From NCBI RefSeq assembly GCF_006345805.1, contig NC_043005.1:13640001-13704000 (forward strand): a stretch of DNA of 64,000 nucleotides. Direction: 5' to 3'. Every line of letters begins with the position of its first letter. Positions within the stretch are counted from its first letter, which is position 1. Both the position numbers and the translations under genes were made by a program. Under the pieces are notes generated by a model. The model saw nothing but the letters and a program-made list of their open reading frames with translations. It ran no database searches and was not told where the DNA came from. The DNA is from Octopus sinensis (taxonomy: Eukaryota). Shown piece after piece: positions 1 through 11,870 of the stretch.

Positions 1-355
1 CGCTCGTATATGAGGTAAAGATTAATAAAATTTAGTATACGATAAAAATTTCAAGGAATTATCTTAAACATTCAGATGAGCAAATTCACAATTCAGATAT
101 GTGATCAGAGGCATTATTCCAAACAAATACCCATATAATTATATTGACAGTTAGATACTCAGAGTATAGAAATATAAAAATGCAACTGTAAAAGATATAA
201 ATTATACACATAAAAATATGAAAAGTATATAAAATAAAAGCATAAAAAATAAGAAATAAACATATAAAAATTATGAAAATATAATAAGGGATAACATGAA
301 AGTAGAAAGTATATTAAAGCATGCAATTAAAAAGAATCAGTCCAAACATATATAA

Positions 356-402
<47 letters not shown>

Positions 403-454
403 TGTATGTATGTATGTATGTATGCATGCATGCATGTATGTATGTGTGTATACG

Positions 455-645
455 TTTGTGTGTCTGTGTTTGTCCTCCCGACATCGCTTGACAACCGATG
501 CTGGTGTGTTACGTCCCTGTAACTTAGCGGCAAAGGAGACCGATGGAATATGTAGTAGGCTTACAAAGAATAAGTCCTGGGGTCGATTTGCTCGACTAAA
601 GGCGGTGCTCCAGCATGGCTACAGTCAAATGACTTAAACAGGTAA
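455..645 (+). mobile_element. tRNA-derived SINE family A, 3' half
   Basis: Matches the body and tail (CGCTTGACAACCGATGCTGG...CCAGCATGGC..CAGTCAAATGACT) of the many full copies in this window. Confidence 0.85.
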
Positions 646-717
646 AAACACACACGCACACACACACACCACACACACACACACACACGCACACACACAC
701 ACACACACACACATATA

Positions 718-1273
718 TTGGGTTGTCCGGAAAGTTCGTGCCGGTTTTTAAAGGAAAGAAAAAGGTCAATAAATACTTGCCACTACATTTTTAATCAACC
801 AAATATGAACCATTTTGTTGCACAATGCATCTCCATCTTTCCTTTAACTTGAAAATACCCTCTTGAGGTGAATTGAGGTGGTTTCATGGCAAAAAATTCA
901 TCTTTTTACGTCATCGAAGGAATTGAAATTTTTACCATTAAGACTATTCTGCAGAGACCTGAATAAGTGGAAATCCGAAGGAGCAATATCTGGTGAACAT
1001 GGAGGGTGAGGTAACACATCCCAGCCGAGCTGCAGCAATTTTTGTCTGGTTCCCAAAGCATCAAGTGCCGTAAATGAACTTTCTTATCTTCTGTTTTAAA
1101 GGGTTACAGAATTAACACAAGTTATAGGAATATAAACCTTCTACGAAGAGATAGCTTAAACTGTGCTCTAAATGGAGGTGTAGTCAAATCCAATTTTATG
1201 AACTGAACTATGTTATAAAATAAGTCGAAATGTAACCTACTATATATCGGCACGAACTTTCCGGACAACCCAA
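718..1273 (-). mobile_element. Internally deleted mariner element
   Basis: TIRs TTGGGTTGTCCGGAAAGTTCGTGCCG / CGGCACGAACTTTCCGGACAACCCAA, flanked by TA. Minus-strand remnant [23 protein letters not shown] resembles the mariner YSPDLAPSD motif. Confidence 0.9.
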
Positions 1274-1319
1274 TAGATAATTATATATGCATATAGATAT
1301 GCATATAAATATACATATA

Positions 1320-1383
<64 letters not shown>

Positions 1384-1392
1384 ATATATATG

Positions 1393-1438
<46 letters not shown>

Positions 1439-1497
1439 CATACATATATATATATGTATATATATATGTACATACACGCACATATATACATATATAT

Positions 1498-1534
<37 letters not shown>

Positions 1535-1550
1535 TATATATATATATATA

Positions 1551-2115
1551 ATTAATAATATCAAAGGGTAATCAGAAATAGAAATTTTCATTACCAGTGG
1601 TCTAGCATGTAAAAATTTAGTCAATAGACTATATATTATTTATATAAACGCAGTTTACATTTAAACACATAAGAGGCATCCATCATAGGACTCTTTGCAT
1701 GCTAGAGAGGACAGTTAAATTCCAAACCACTCTTAGGGACAAAATTTCGAAGGGAATGAAAACTAAAAATATTTACCATCTAAATCCTGGACCAATGGTT
1801 TCAGACTATTTTAGCAAATAAAATAATTTGCTAGGCGAAGTCTTCTTCAGCAGGTACACCTTAGATTAAACATATATACACAAGTCAATCCAAAATATGC
1901 CCCATGCTTATACATTCTAATTTTTCAAATCTACCGTGCAAGCGCAGTTCCTTGTTGGCAGTAAATAATAATGCCAGCTTTCCAATTCGAAAATTATCCA
2001 GAGAAAAAGATTAATAATTAATAATATCAAAGGGTAATCAGAAATATTAGAAATTTCCATTACCAGTGGCCTAGCATGTAAAAATTTAGTCAATATTCTA
2101 TATATTACTCATATA
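1551..2115. repeat. ~95-bp direct repeat pair (about 1551-1645 and 2017-2112), probably PLE pseudo-LTR ends
   Basis: ATTAATAATATCAAAGGGTAATCAGAAATA...CTAGCATGTAAAAATTTAGTCAATA occurs twice. The PLE origin is an inference. Confidence 0.6.
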
Positions 2116-2139
2116 AATATAGTGTATTTATAAGAATAT

Positions 2140-2700
2140 TTTAACCCTAAGCGCGGTGAGTGCCATTGATGAACGTTAGGATACATAAGCATCAAAACAT
2201 GAAATCATCGAGGATATGGCTGTATCTGCGATCGTAGGGCACTTGTCTCTTCTGTCTGCTCATTAAGATAGTGCTTATGTTGGCTATTGAGTTGTTTTGA
2301 CTCTTATTTCTAGCGATACTGGTTCTGCTCAGTACCCTTGTTCACTTTACTGATGTATATATTTTTGCCTTTTGGTTGTAAAGTTGCGAATTAGCCATCC
2401 ATATTATTTATAATTTTTCACTTCTACCATTTTTGAAACTAGCGTATGAACTCAACGGAAATCTTATAAGCTGACAAGGCATGATGAGTTTAACCCTAGG
2501 CGCTATGAGAGCCACTGATGAGAGTTAACATGATTTAAGCATCAGAACATGAAACCATCAATGATCTGGCTGTATCCATTGGGAAATTGTCTTCCTTGTC
2601 ATCTCATTAAGATAGTTCTTTTGTTGGCTATTGAGTTGTTTTGACTTATTTCTAGCAATACTAGTGCTTATTAGTACCCTTGCTCACTTTAGTGACGTGT
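2140..2700 (+). repeat. Tandem repeat (period 349 nt, about 1.6 units), each unit carrying a hammerhead motif
   Basis: TTTAACCCTA starts at 2140 and at 2489. About 210 bp align between the two copies. Confidence 0.8.
2510..2571 (+). ncRNA. Type I hammerhead ribozyme motif (degenerate sister copy at 2161-2221)
   Basis: AGCCA-CTGATGA-gaGTT...AACat-GAAA-cCATcaATGa-TC-TGGCT. Stem I is AGCCA/TGGCT and the core is canonical. Stems II and III each have basal mismatches. Confidence 0.65.
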
Positions 2701-2763
2701 GTATGTATGTATATATATGTGTGTGTGTATGACTTCTAAAAACATTTAAACTTTCAATTATAT

Positions 2764-3164
2764 ACTCTTTACTCTTTTATTTGTTTCAGTCATTTGACTG
2801 TGGCCATGCTGGAGTACCGCCTTTAGTCGAGCAACTCGACCCCGGGACTTATACTTATGTAAGCCCAGTACTCATTCTATCGGTCTCTTTTGCCAAACCG
2901 CTAAGTAACAGGGACATAAACACACCAGCATCGGTTGTCAAGCAATGCTAGGGGGACAAACACAGACACACAAATATATACACACACATACATATATACA
3001 TATATATGACAGGCTTCTTTCAGTTTCCGTCTACCAAATCCACTCACAAGGCATTGGTCGGCCCGGGGCTATAGCAGAAGACACTTGCCCAAGACGCCAT
3101 GCAGTGGGACTGAACCCGGAACCATGTGGTTGGTTAGCAAGCTACTTACCACACAGCCACTCCT
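2764..3164 (-). mobile_element. tRNA-derived SINE family A, near full length
   Basis: Head GGAGTGGCTGTGTGGTAAG...GGTTCAGTCCC (A/B-box-like), internal microsatellite and (GTAAAAGA)n tail. Confidence 0.9.
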
Positions 3165-3397
3165 GTTTTAAATTATTTTGCTATATCAGGAGATAGTATC
3201 ATTCTTTAAAAGTTTCAGTGGTTAGAGCATTGGGTTCACAATCATGAGGTGGTGAGTTTGGTTCCCGGATCGGGTTGTATGTTGTGTTTTTGAGCAAATC
3301 ACTTTATTTCACACATTCTCACATATTAACTGTTTTGTTTAAATTTATTCAGACAGAATTCAGTTGCAATTATAACAGTAAAATTGATATCACATAC

Positions 3398-3581
3398 CAA
3401 TGGAATCTCCCACGTTACAGTTATATCCTTTGCAACAAGAAACACAAGAAGTGCCATTGGTCCAGTTATTACAGGTATTCATATTTTTGTGCTCAGCTGC
3501 AATACATTTTTTGTAGGTGCTGCATGATTTTTCAGACTTCAGTGTAATCCCAATCACAGATATAATGTGCATACATACAGG
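3398..3581 (-). CDS. LRR-Ly6/uPAR gene, Ly6 domain C-terminal exon
   Basis: TTATTTTTACAG|CCT GTA TGT. Encodes PVCMHIISVIGITLKSEKSCSTYKKCIAAEHKNMNTCNNWTNGTSCVSCCKGYNCNVGDSI, with the CCxxxxCN hallmark. Ends either at the donor G|GTATGT (3397) or at an in-frame TGA (3390-3392). Confidence 0.88.
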
Positions 3582-3664
3582 CTGTAAAAATAAACATAAA
3601 TGTTAAGTAACAATAACTTCTTCCATTGCTGTAGTGCTAACAAATGGTTGGGAATGAACAAATA

Positions 3665-4285
3665 CTTTTCTACTCTAGGCAGAAACCTGAAAATTTTTGG
3701 GGTGGGGTGGGGAAGTCGATTAGATCGACCTCAGTACGCAACTGGTACTTAATATATCGAGACCGAAAGTATGCAAAGCAAAGTCGACCTCGGCGAAATT
3801 TGAACTCAGAACGTAAAGACAGACTAAATACAGCTAAGCTTTTTGCCCGGCGTGCTAACGTTTCAGCCAGCTCGCCGCCTTAAACATTCTTTTCTACCCT
3901 AGGCACAGGGCCTGAAATTTTGTGGGAGGGGTCCAGTCAATTAGACCGACCCCAGTGCGTAACTGGTACTTAATTTATCGACCCCTAAAGATGAAAGGCA
4001 AAGTCGACATCGGCAGAATTTGAACTCAGAATGTAAAGACAGACGAAATATCTATTTCTTTACTACCCACAAGGGGCTAAACACAGAGAGGACAAACAAG
4101 GACAGACAAATGGATTAAGTCTATTACATCAACCCCAGTGCGTAACTGGTATTTAATTTATCGACCCCGAAAGGACGAAAGGCAAAGTCGACCTCGGCGG
4201 AATTTGAACTCAGAACATAACGGCAAATGAAATACGGCAACGCATTTCGCCCGGTGTGCTAAGGATTCTGACAGCTCGTCGCCTT
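3665..4285 (-). mobile_element. Cluster of tRNA-derived SINE family B copies (tandem or nested)
   Basis: Head GGCGGCGAGCTGGC...GAGTTCAAATTCC and core GTCGACTTTGCCTTTCATCCTTTCGGGGTCGATAAATTAAGTACCAG. The core occurs three times. Confidence 0.85.
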
Positions 4286-4979
4286 TGGGAATGAGCAAAT
4301 TGATTCAACTGTAGTAAATGATTGGAACATATTCTATAGAAATCGAGAAATGATAAGTAAAAACAAATTCAGTGACAATGGTCTTTTGATGTTTGAAGGA
4401 ATAAACTAACTAATAATAGATTTAATAATATAATTTTGAAGATTATTAATCTCATTTTTGGTTAGAATTTACATATATGCACAGGTTACAATCAGTTTGG
4501 TTTCTAATTGTAATAGAGTCTCTTATTCTAATATTTACATAGACTTGACGCAAAATAAATACATATAGAAGCTAAAGAAAAAGTTGAAGAAAATATTTTG
4601 AATTCTAAAGATGACGTTAAGAATCATAATTAACAACAACTCATCTCAGCTATTAAGACAATGTTCTTGAATTTAATAATCTGTCATTTTTAGACAGAAT
4701 TTTTCAAACTCCATTGATATATTATTGTTCTTAAAATATAGAATATTTGCTAGTCGGGTCTATACTGGTGGATTTTGAACACTATTACTATAAGGTAGGT
4801 ATCAGTTTATATAGCAGATTTGCAAGTGATCCAAAACATAAACTGCATGCAATGTATCACAAGGACTGTAATTTGACAAGCAAAGATATGCAGTTCATTT
4901 TCAACATTTAACTCATTATCGTTCAAATATAGACACATACATAACTGAGGATACTATTCTATATATACACATACATGCA

Positions 4980-5032
<53 letters not shown>

Positions 5033-5051
5033 GTATATATACACATACATG

Positions 5052-5089
<38 letters not shown>

Positions 5090-5092
<3 letters not shown>

Positions 5093-5502
5093 CGCAGGAG
5101 TGGCTGTGTGGTAAGTAGCATGCTAACCAACCACATGGTTCCAGGTTCAGTCCCACTGCATGGCATCTTGGGCAAGTGTCTTCTGCTATAGCCCCGGGCC
5201 GACCAATGCCTTGTGAGTGGATTTGGTAGACGGAAACTGAAAGAAGCCTGTCGTATATATGTATATATATATATATATGTATATGTGTGTGTGTTTGTGT
5301 GTCTGTGTTTGTCCCCCTAGCATTGCCTGACAACTGATGCTGGTGTGATTACGTCCCCATCACTTAGCGGTTCGGCAAAAGAGACCGATAGTATAAGTAC
5401 TGGGCTTACAAAGAATAAGTCCCGGGGTTGATTTGCTCGACTAAAGGCGGTGCTCCAGCATGGCCACAGTCAAATGACTGAAACAAGTAAAGAGTAAAGA
5501 GT
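5090..5502 (+). mobile_element. SINE family A, full length
   Basis: Same head, body and tail as the other copies. Confidence 0.9.
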
Positions 5503-5575
5503 ATATATATATATATATATATATATATTAATATATATATATGTATATATATATATTTATATAAATGTATATATT

Positions 5576-5634
<59 letters not shown>

Positions 5635-5724
5635 TATATATATGTATATATATATATGTATATATATATATGTATATATCAGAATATATATATCAGAATC
5701 GAAATCGATCAATGGAAATTGCAG

Positions 5725-6050
5725 ATGTGTTACCAGTGCCGGTGGCATGTAAGAGAACCTTCCGTTTCGCGACCGTTGCCAGCACTGCCCCATTTCGTGT
5801 CCGTTGCCAGCCTCGCCTGGCCCTCGTGCCGATGGCACATAAAAAGCACCATCCATTCGTGGCCGTTTGCCAGCTGTGTCTGGCACCTGTGCGGGTGGCA
5901 CGTAAAAAGCACCCACTACACTCTCGGAGTGGTTGGTGTTAGGAAGGGCATCCAGCCGTAGAAACACTGCCAGGGCTTCACAGACCCCAGTAGAACCGTC
6001 CAACCCATGCTAGCATGGAAAACGGACGCTAAACAATGATGATGATGATG
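5725..6050 (+). mobile_element. SINE with Nin-domain-like core and (GAT)n tail
   Basis: GGTTGGTGTTAGGAAGGGCATCCAGCCGTAGAAAC...CCAACCCATGCTAGCATGGAAAACGGACG. Internal ~50-bp subrepeats GGTGGCACGTAAAAAGCACC. Another copy lies inverted at 15556-15870. Confidence 0.7.
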
Positions 6051-6127
6051 ATATATATATTTGTATATATATTATATATAATATATTTATATATATATAT
6101 ATTTATATATATATTCATATATATATT

Positions 6128-6195
<68 letters not shown>

Positions 6196-6448
6196 TAAAC
6201 ATGTATTTTTATATATTATGGTGCAATATTTTATTATCAGATAATGAAATATAACTAATATTCTTATAAATGCATAAATGATATAGATGTTTTTAAAGCT
6301 TTAATCAATACATGTGATGCCAATAAAATAAATCTTGAAAAGTATGTTTAATGCTTAGTATAATATTTCAGGAAAACATCCCCTTATCAAATATGAAAAT
6401 GGAAATAACTCAAGAGTTCAGAGAAACTGTATTATTTAATTATTTTAC

Positions 6449-6540
6449 CTCTGGACCAGGACAGGTCATTGTTTGTTGATTAGAGCAGTTTGAGCCTGAG
6501 CATTGTAGACAATGGCCTGCTTTATCAAAAAGTTGGTAGT
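6449..6540 (-). CDS. LRR-Ly6/uPAR gene, Ly6 domain N-terminal exon
   Basis: CTTTCATTCTGTAG|AC TAC...CCA GAG|GTAAAA. Encodes (N)YQLFDKAGHCLQCSGSNCSNQQTMTCPGPE, with the CxxC start typical of Ly6. 92 nt, phase 1-0. Confidence 0.87.
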
Positions 6541-6846
6541 CTACAGAATGAAAGGAAATGTTGACATTTAAGAACCATCATGTATCAGGTATACAAGCCA
6601 TGAGACAAGTATTTATGATAAGAAACAAATATAAAAGTATGAATAGGAAAACTATAAAGTTTTAGACAAATAAGCCATGACTGACATTGGTGGGATTTGA
6701 ACTCAAAAAACTAAAGAGGAACAAATGCCACAAAGTTATTTGTTTCCAAATGCTCTAGCAATTCTGCCAACTTGTTACCTTAGTATTCCAGCATGAAAAT
6801 AATAACAACAACAACAACAACAACAACAACAAAAATAATAATAATG

Positions 6847-6889
<43 letters not shown>

Positions 6890-6909
6890 TAATATTAATA
6901 ATAATAATC

Positions 6910-7530
6910 CCTTTTTTACTCTAGGCAAAAAGCCTGAAATTTTAGAGGAGGGACTAATTGATTATATTTTCCCCAATGTTTCACTAGCACTTAATTTAGT
7001 AACCCTGAAATGATGGAAGGCAAAGTTGACCTCAGTGGAATTTGAACTCAGAACATAAAGACAGACAAAATGCCACAAAGAATTTTGCCCAGTGTGCTAC
7101 TAATTTTAAAATAAGAATCCTTTCCACTAAAGGCACAAGGCCTGAAATTTGGTAGAAGGGACTTGTTGATTATATTGATCCCAGTTTATATTGATCCCAG
7201 GTTCAGTCTTGGTAAATTTCCATAACTACCTCAGCAATTTGGCATAACACTCTCCGTTGATGGTGTGGCCCTTTTGAAGATAGGTACTAAACACGATGCC
7301 CTTTGCATTCCAAAATACTGAGACCATCACCTTTCCTACTGATGAAACGACCTTGGTCTTCTTTGGAACAGGTGAGGAGGAATGTTTCACTGCATGGATT
7401 GTCTCTTTGTCTCTGGTTCAAAAGAATGAAAGGCAAAGTTGACCTCAGCAGAATTTTAATTTGGAATGTAAAGCTAAAAGAAATATTGCGAAGCATTTTC
7501 TCTGGTGTTCTAACAATTCAGCCAACTTGA
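6910..7530 (-). mobile_element. SINE family B remnants interrupted by a mariner transposase fragment (7220-7410)
   Basis: Minus strand of 7220-7410 reads PKKTKVVSSVGKVMVSVFWNAKGIVFSTYLQKGHTINGECY. Confidence 0.75.
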
Positions 7531-7977
7531 AGCCTTAATAATTACAACAAATAAGTTGCTCGTGGCAGGATTTGAACTCAGAACAAGAATAGCCAGAGAA
7601 ATGATGGTGTAGCATGCAGCCATTCAAACAGTGGTGCCAATTTGTGGCAGCTGGCAATATGACATAATGTCGTATTGCTGAGGAAATATGATTGTTGTCT
7701 TCCCATTGGTTGAAATAACTGCTCATATAGGAATTCTGAAAATTAGTAAAAGAATATTTTATGTGATTTCAATTCTTAAAAGTCAAGTTGAGCAGTTATA
7801 AAAACCCTGGATTTTGGGGAAAACTTTAGTGCCTGTGGTGGTCTAAATGAACCCACATCACTCAAATCAAGAGTAATGGTTATTACCATGAGAAATACTC
7901 TTTAAAAGTCTGACACCTATTTCGGTTGTCATGTTTCATTAGTTAAGTCTAAGAATTAGCTAGGAAAATAACATATG

Positions 7978-8375
7978 GGCGTAGGAGTGGCCGTGTGGTA
8001 AGTAGCTTGCTTACCAACCACATGGTTCCGGGTTCAGTCCCACTGCGTGGCATCTTGGGCAAGTGTCTTCTGCTATAGGCTTTGGCCGACCAAACCTTGT
8101 GAGTGGATTTGGTAGACGGAAACTGAAAGAAGCCTGTCGTATATATGTATATATGTATGTGTGTTTGTGTGTCTGTGTTTGTCCCCCTAGCCTTGCTTGA
8201 CAACCGGTGCTGGTGTGTTTACGTCCCCGTCACTTAGCGGTTCGGCAAAAGAGACCGATAGAATAAGTACTGGGCTTACAAAGAATAAGTCCTGGGGTCG
8301 ATTTGCTCGACTAAAAGGCGGTGCTCCAGCATGGCCGCAGTCAAATGACTGAAACAAGTAAATGAGTAAATAAGT
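7978..8375 (+). mobile_element. SINE family A, full length
   Basis: Family consensus match. Confidence 0.9.
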
Positions 8376-9021
8376 AAATGAGATATGTATGAATGTATAT
8401 AAATAAACTATATAAAATGATATCCCACTTTCTTGAATTCTTCCCAACCTGTTTAACATATTTCATTCTTTTTAATAATCTGTTACGTTTTTTTTTTTAT
8501 AGCGGTATGTAATAAGGACATGATCTTCAACATACATTTTCATAAGATGTATATGTGTACATTAGCGTCCGTACAAGACTTACGCTAACATGATGTACAT
8601 TTTAACTTGAGAGATAATACTTATTGATATCCTTTACAAGTTAAAGGATGGCTTTATCAATATCAACTTTCACCCAAGACAATAAAAATATATACATGTA
8701 AATAAATGTAAAATAAGCAGCCTTAAAATAACGATTATTTAAACTATTATAACTGTAGAAAAACTGGTGACTATAAAAATATAACCTGCTATAATGGTTT
8801 CAAATTTTGGAACAAAGTGAGCAATTCTAGCAGGAGGAGGCAAGTCCATTACCTTGACCTAAACACTTTACTGGCACTTAGTTTTATTAATGTACCAGTA
8901 CCAGTTTTGTTTGTTATTGAAGTGCTTTATTACTTGAACTCACAATGTAAGGACAAAAGAAATGCTATTAAGCATTTTATCTGGCATGGCAACAAATTTG
9001 CCAGCTCACTGTCTTATATGA

Positions 9022-9308
9022 ACTCTTTACTCTTTTACTCTTTTACTTGTTTCAGTCATTTGACTGCGGCCATGCTGGAGCACCACCTGTAGTCGAGCAA
9101 ATTGACCCCGGGACTTATTCTTTGTAAGCCCAGTACTTATTTTATCGGTCTCTTTTGCCGAACCGCTAAGTGACGGGGACGTAAACACACCAGCATCGGT
9201 TGTCAAGCAATGCTAGGGGGACAAACACAGACACACAAACATATACACACACACACTTATATATATATACATATATACGACAGGCTTCTTTCAGTTTCCG
9301 TCTACCAA
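9022..9308 (-). mobile_element. SINE family A, 3' portion
   Basis: Family consensus match. Ends about 40 bp from the LRRCT exon donor. Confidence 0.88.
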
Positions 9309-9346
9309 CTCATAAATAATACCAGAAATTTTAAAATGTTACCTAC

Positions 9347-9516
9347 TTCCACAAATATTTTGAAGTTCTGCATCTAGATCCCATAGAGTCTTGTCTCTTT
9401 GCTCTGGAAGAATGCATTTTCCTGAGACATTAAGACTTTGATTCATTTGCTTCATATACCTCTTAAGAGCTGGAAGGTGACATCCACACCATAATTCAGA
9501 GTTATTATTCATTTGG
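9347..9516 (-). CDS. LRR-Ly6/uPAR gene, LRRCT exon
   Basis: TTTAATTATAG|C CAA ATG...TGT GGA A|GTAGGT. Encodes QMNNNSELWCGCHLPALKRYMKQMNQSLNVSGKCILPEQRDKTLWDLDAELQNICG, matching the LRRCT pattern N..W.C.C.L..L....C..P....L..L....C. 170 nt, phase 2-1. Not present in the ORF track. Confidence 0.88.
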
Positions 9517-10214
9517 CTATAATTAAACAGAAAAAAAACAACAATATTAGTGTGAACTCATTAGATACATTTAGATTTCTTTGTATTTATTCAAAGATCT
9601 TATATTTTAGGAGAGGGGTTAATATTGTGATACTTATGCTTTTTTTTCTAAGAGTATTATCCACTTATGTTTACAAACTCAAAAAAAAATATTTCCTTTA
9701 CTGGAAGCTTATTTCATATCAAGGCGTAAGTCCCTGAATGTATTGCTTATGCTTATTGCATATTGACTAGAGTAAGTTTTTTTTCGTTTTATTAGCAAGA
9801 TTTGAACCCAAGATAACAAAATGGCCATCTAGCTTGATCTCTACTTTTCTTCATAAAAAAAAAAACACCTCCAAATTTAAAAGAAAGCACAAATGAGAAA
9901 TTGGAAATCTTTAATGGTAGGAATTAAAACTGCATTATGGTCTCAGACAGCTGATGGTTCATGACACTTTCAGTGACTTATCTATCAAATCAAATAGTAG
10001 TTTCATGGGCGGGAGGGAGTCAATTACATCAACCATAGTACTCAACTGATACTTATTTTATTGACTTCGAGAGGATATAAATAAAAATGCCAAATACATT
10101 AAAGCCAACAATGACTGAAATTTCTGATCTCAAAGTGATGGAAAGTAATTAACAAATATTCAAATATAGAAAAGAACCATAGGAATATTTAGGAAAATAT
10201 TGTCAATCAATTAA

Positions 10215-10302
10215 GTCATTTCAGCTGATATACTCTCCAGTCTTCTTCAGGTGTCCCGGGGAAATTTTGAACTTGGGTTCTCTTTCTTAAGGTATTTTTC
10301 AA

Positions 10303-10336
<34 letters not shown>

Positions 10337-10888
10337 GAGTGAGAGAGCAGTGCATGCCATCAAAGTGACACTGGGGTAAAATATATGAAGCCCAGTATAC
10401 CCATCATGACTACCTGTCTGATAATGGTACACCAGGCACATGCATCACAACCATATGTGCGCGACATGGTGATCTCATATCAAGATAAACAGCGCATGAC
10501 CTTGCAGGTGGGGCTCAATTAGAATTTTCTTCTGGTCGAGTAGCCCATCCTGCTCAAAAGTTCCCTGAATAAGGATTGTTTAAGGATGTTGAACAAACCA
10601 CCCATGTTTCCAGGGGTGAATTATCCAAACCTCCAAGAATTCCTTTCAACATACGGCTATAATGCTCCCCCACTACTTCTGCTCGTGATCAGAGATGCAC
10701 ATATCATCAGCCACTAAGAGACATGGTCAACTTGTTAAGGTCAAACAACTGGCAAGCAAGTCTGTGGAATTGAGACAGAATATTTGCTGTAGCCCTTCTT
10801 TAATACCAACAAAACAATGTACTTGATAACACTTTCAATCAGTTAAGATCAGAAGCCATGAGAGCCACTGTCTGGTACTGTATCAGGG

Positions 10889-10924
<36 letters not shown>

Positions 10925-11870
10925 TATTATTATTATTATCATTATTCATCCATACAGTGTAAAGAGAGGGATTGTTCAGTGCCTAAAACATCAAGCAAAG
11001 AATATAAGTAGGGATCCTGATACACACCATGAAGAAATGATCAAGCTAAGTAACAATCTATCAGCAGCTACCCCCAAAACATACTATCCATTCCAATTAT
11101 GAAGAGAAGAGAGTATGAAACCCATGAAGTGACCACAGTCTGTCTACCCTGTGTGAAAGGCCTCTCTGAAAAGATACAAAAGATATGCGGCCCATATGAC
11201 ATCAGGACAGTATTCAAGAGTAATACAACACTTCACAAATATCTCCTTCGAGTAAAACCACAAATAGAAGAGAATATGACCAAGAACTGCATGTATTCCA
11301 TCCCATGCAGCTGTGGGTAGGTTATACAAAGGCGAAAAATGCTGTCCCCTCAAAATAAGTGTAGAGGAACATCGCAAAGCTGTGACATGAGGAGATATTG
11401 ATAAATCAGGTATAGCTGATCATGTATGGAAAAACAGAGATCACCTCCCCCTGTGGGATGAAGTTAAAATAATAGATAGAGAACACCACTGGAAAATATG
11501 AACACTAAAAGAAGCAGCACATATGCTAGGACATAAAAACCTACTAAGCAAACCTAGTGCAGATATGAGTAGCATATGGGAACAGGTATTAAGGGAGGAT
11601 AGGAAAATATTAGATTTATAAGACCTAAAATCCACTCCATACTTGCCCTTGGGTGTATGGCATAGTGGTTAAGAGCACAGGCTACTAACCCCAATATTCC
11701 GAGTTCGGTTCAGGCAGTGAATAATAATAATAATAACATTGAAAAATACCTTAGGAATGTGAATCCATGTTCAAAATTTCCCCAGGATACCTGGCGAGGA
11801 TATCAGCCGAAGCGTGTTAACAACAATCAAGATGAGGACAAATATCCGTCAAATGTAAATAATGTTAATT
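10215..11870 (+). mobile_element. Penelope-like element 3' part (RT thumb + GIY-YIG) with an inverted copy of its terminal repeat at 10215-10335
   Basis: VCLPCVKGLSEKIQKIC...KNCMYSIPCSCG*LYKGE...HRK is a degraded GIY-YIG endonuclease. 11730-11815 is the reverse complement of 10215-10335 and carries decayed hammerhead cores. A tRNA-like segment sits at about 11650-11720. Confidence 0.85.
10337..10890 (-). mobile_element. Unclassified non-coding interspersed repeat inserted in (TAA)n/(CAT)n, possibly R4/Dong-related
   Basis: GC-richer 550-bp block bounded by trinucleotide microsatellites. The family assignment is an inference. Confidence 0.4.

Noticed and set aside
10215-10256. Hammerhead core CTGAAGA...GAAAT on the minus strand
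   Set aside because: It is truncated before the UH site and the 3' strand of stem I. The partner copy at about 11790 has a deleted core, so I did not call it as a ribozyme.
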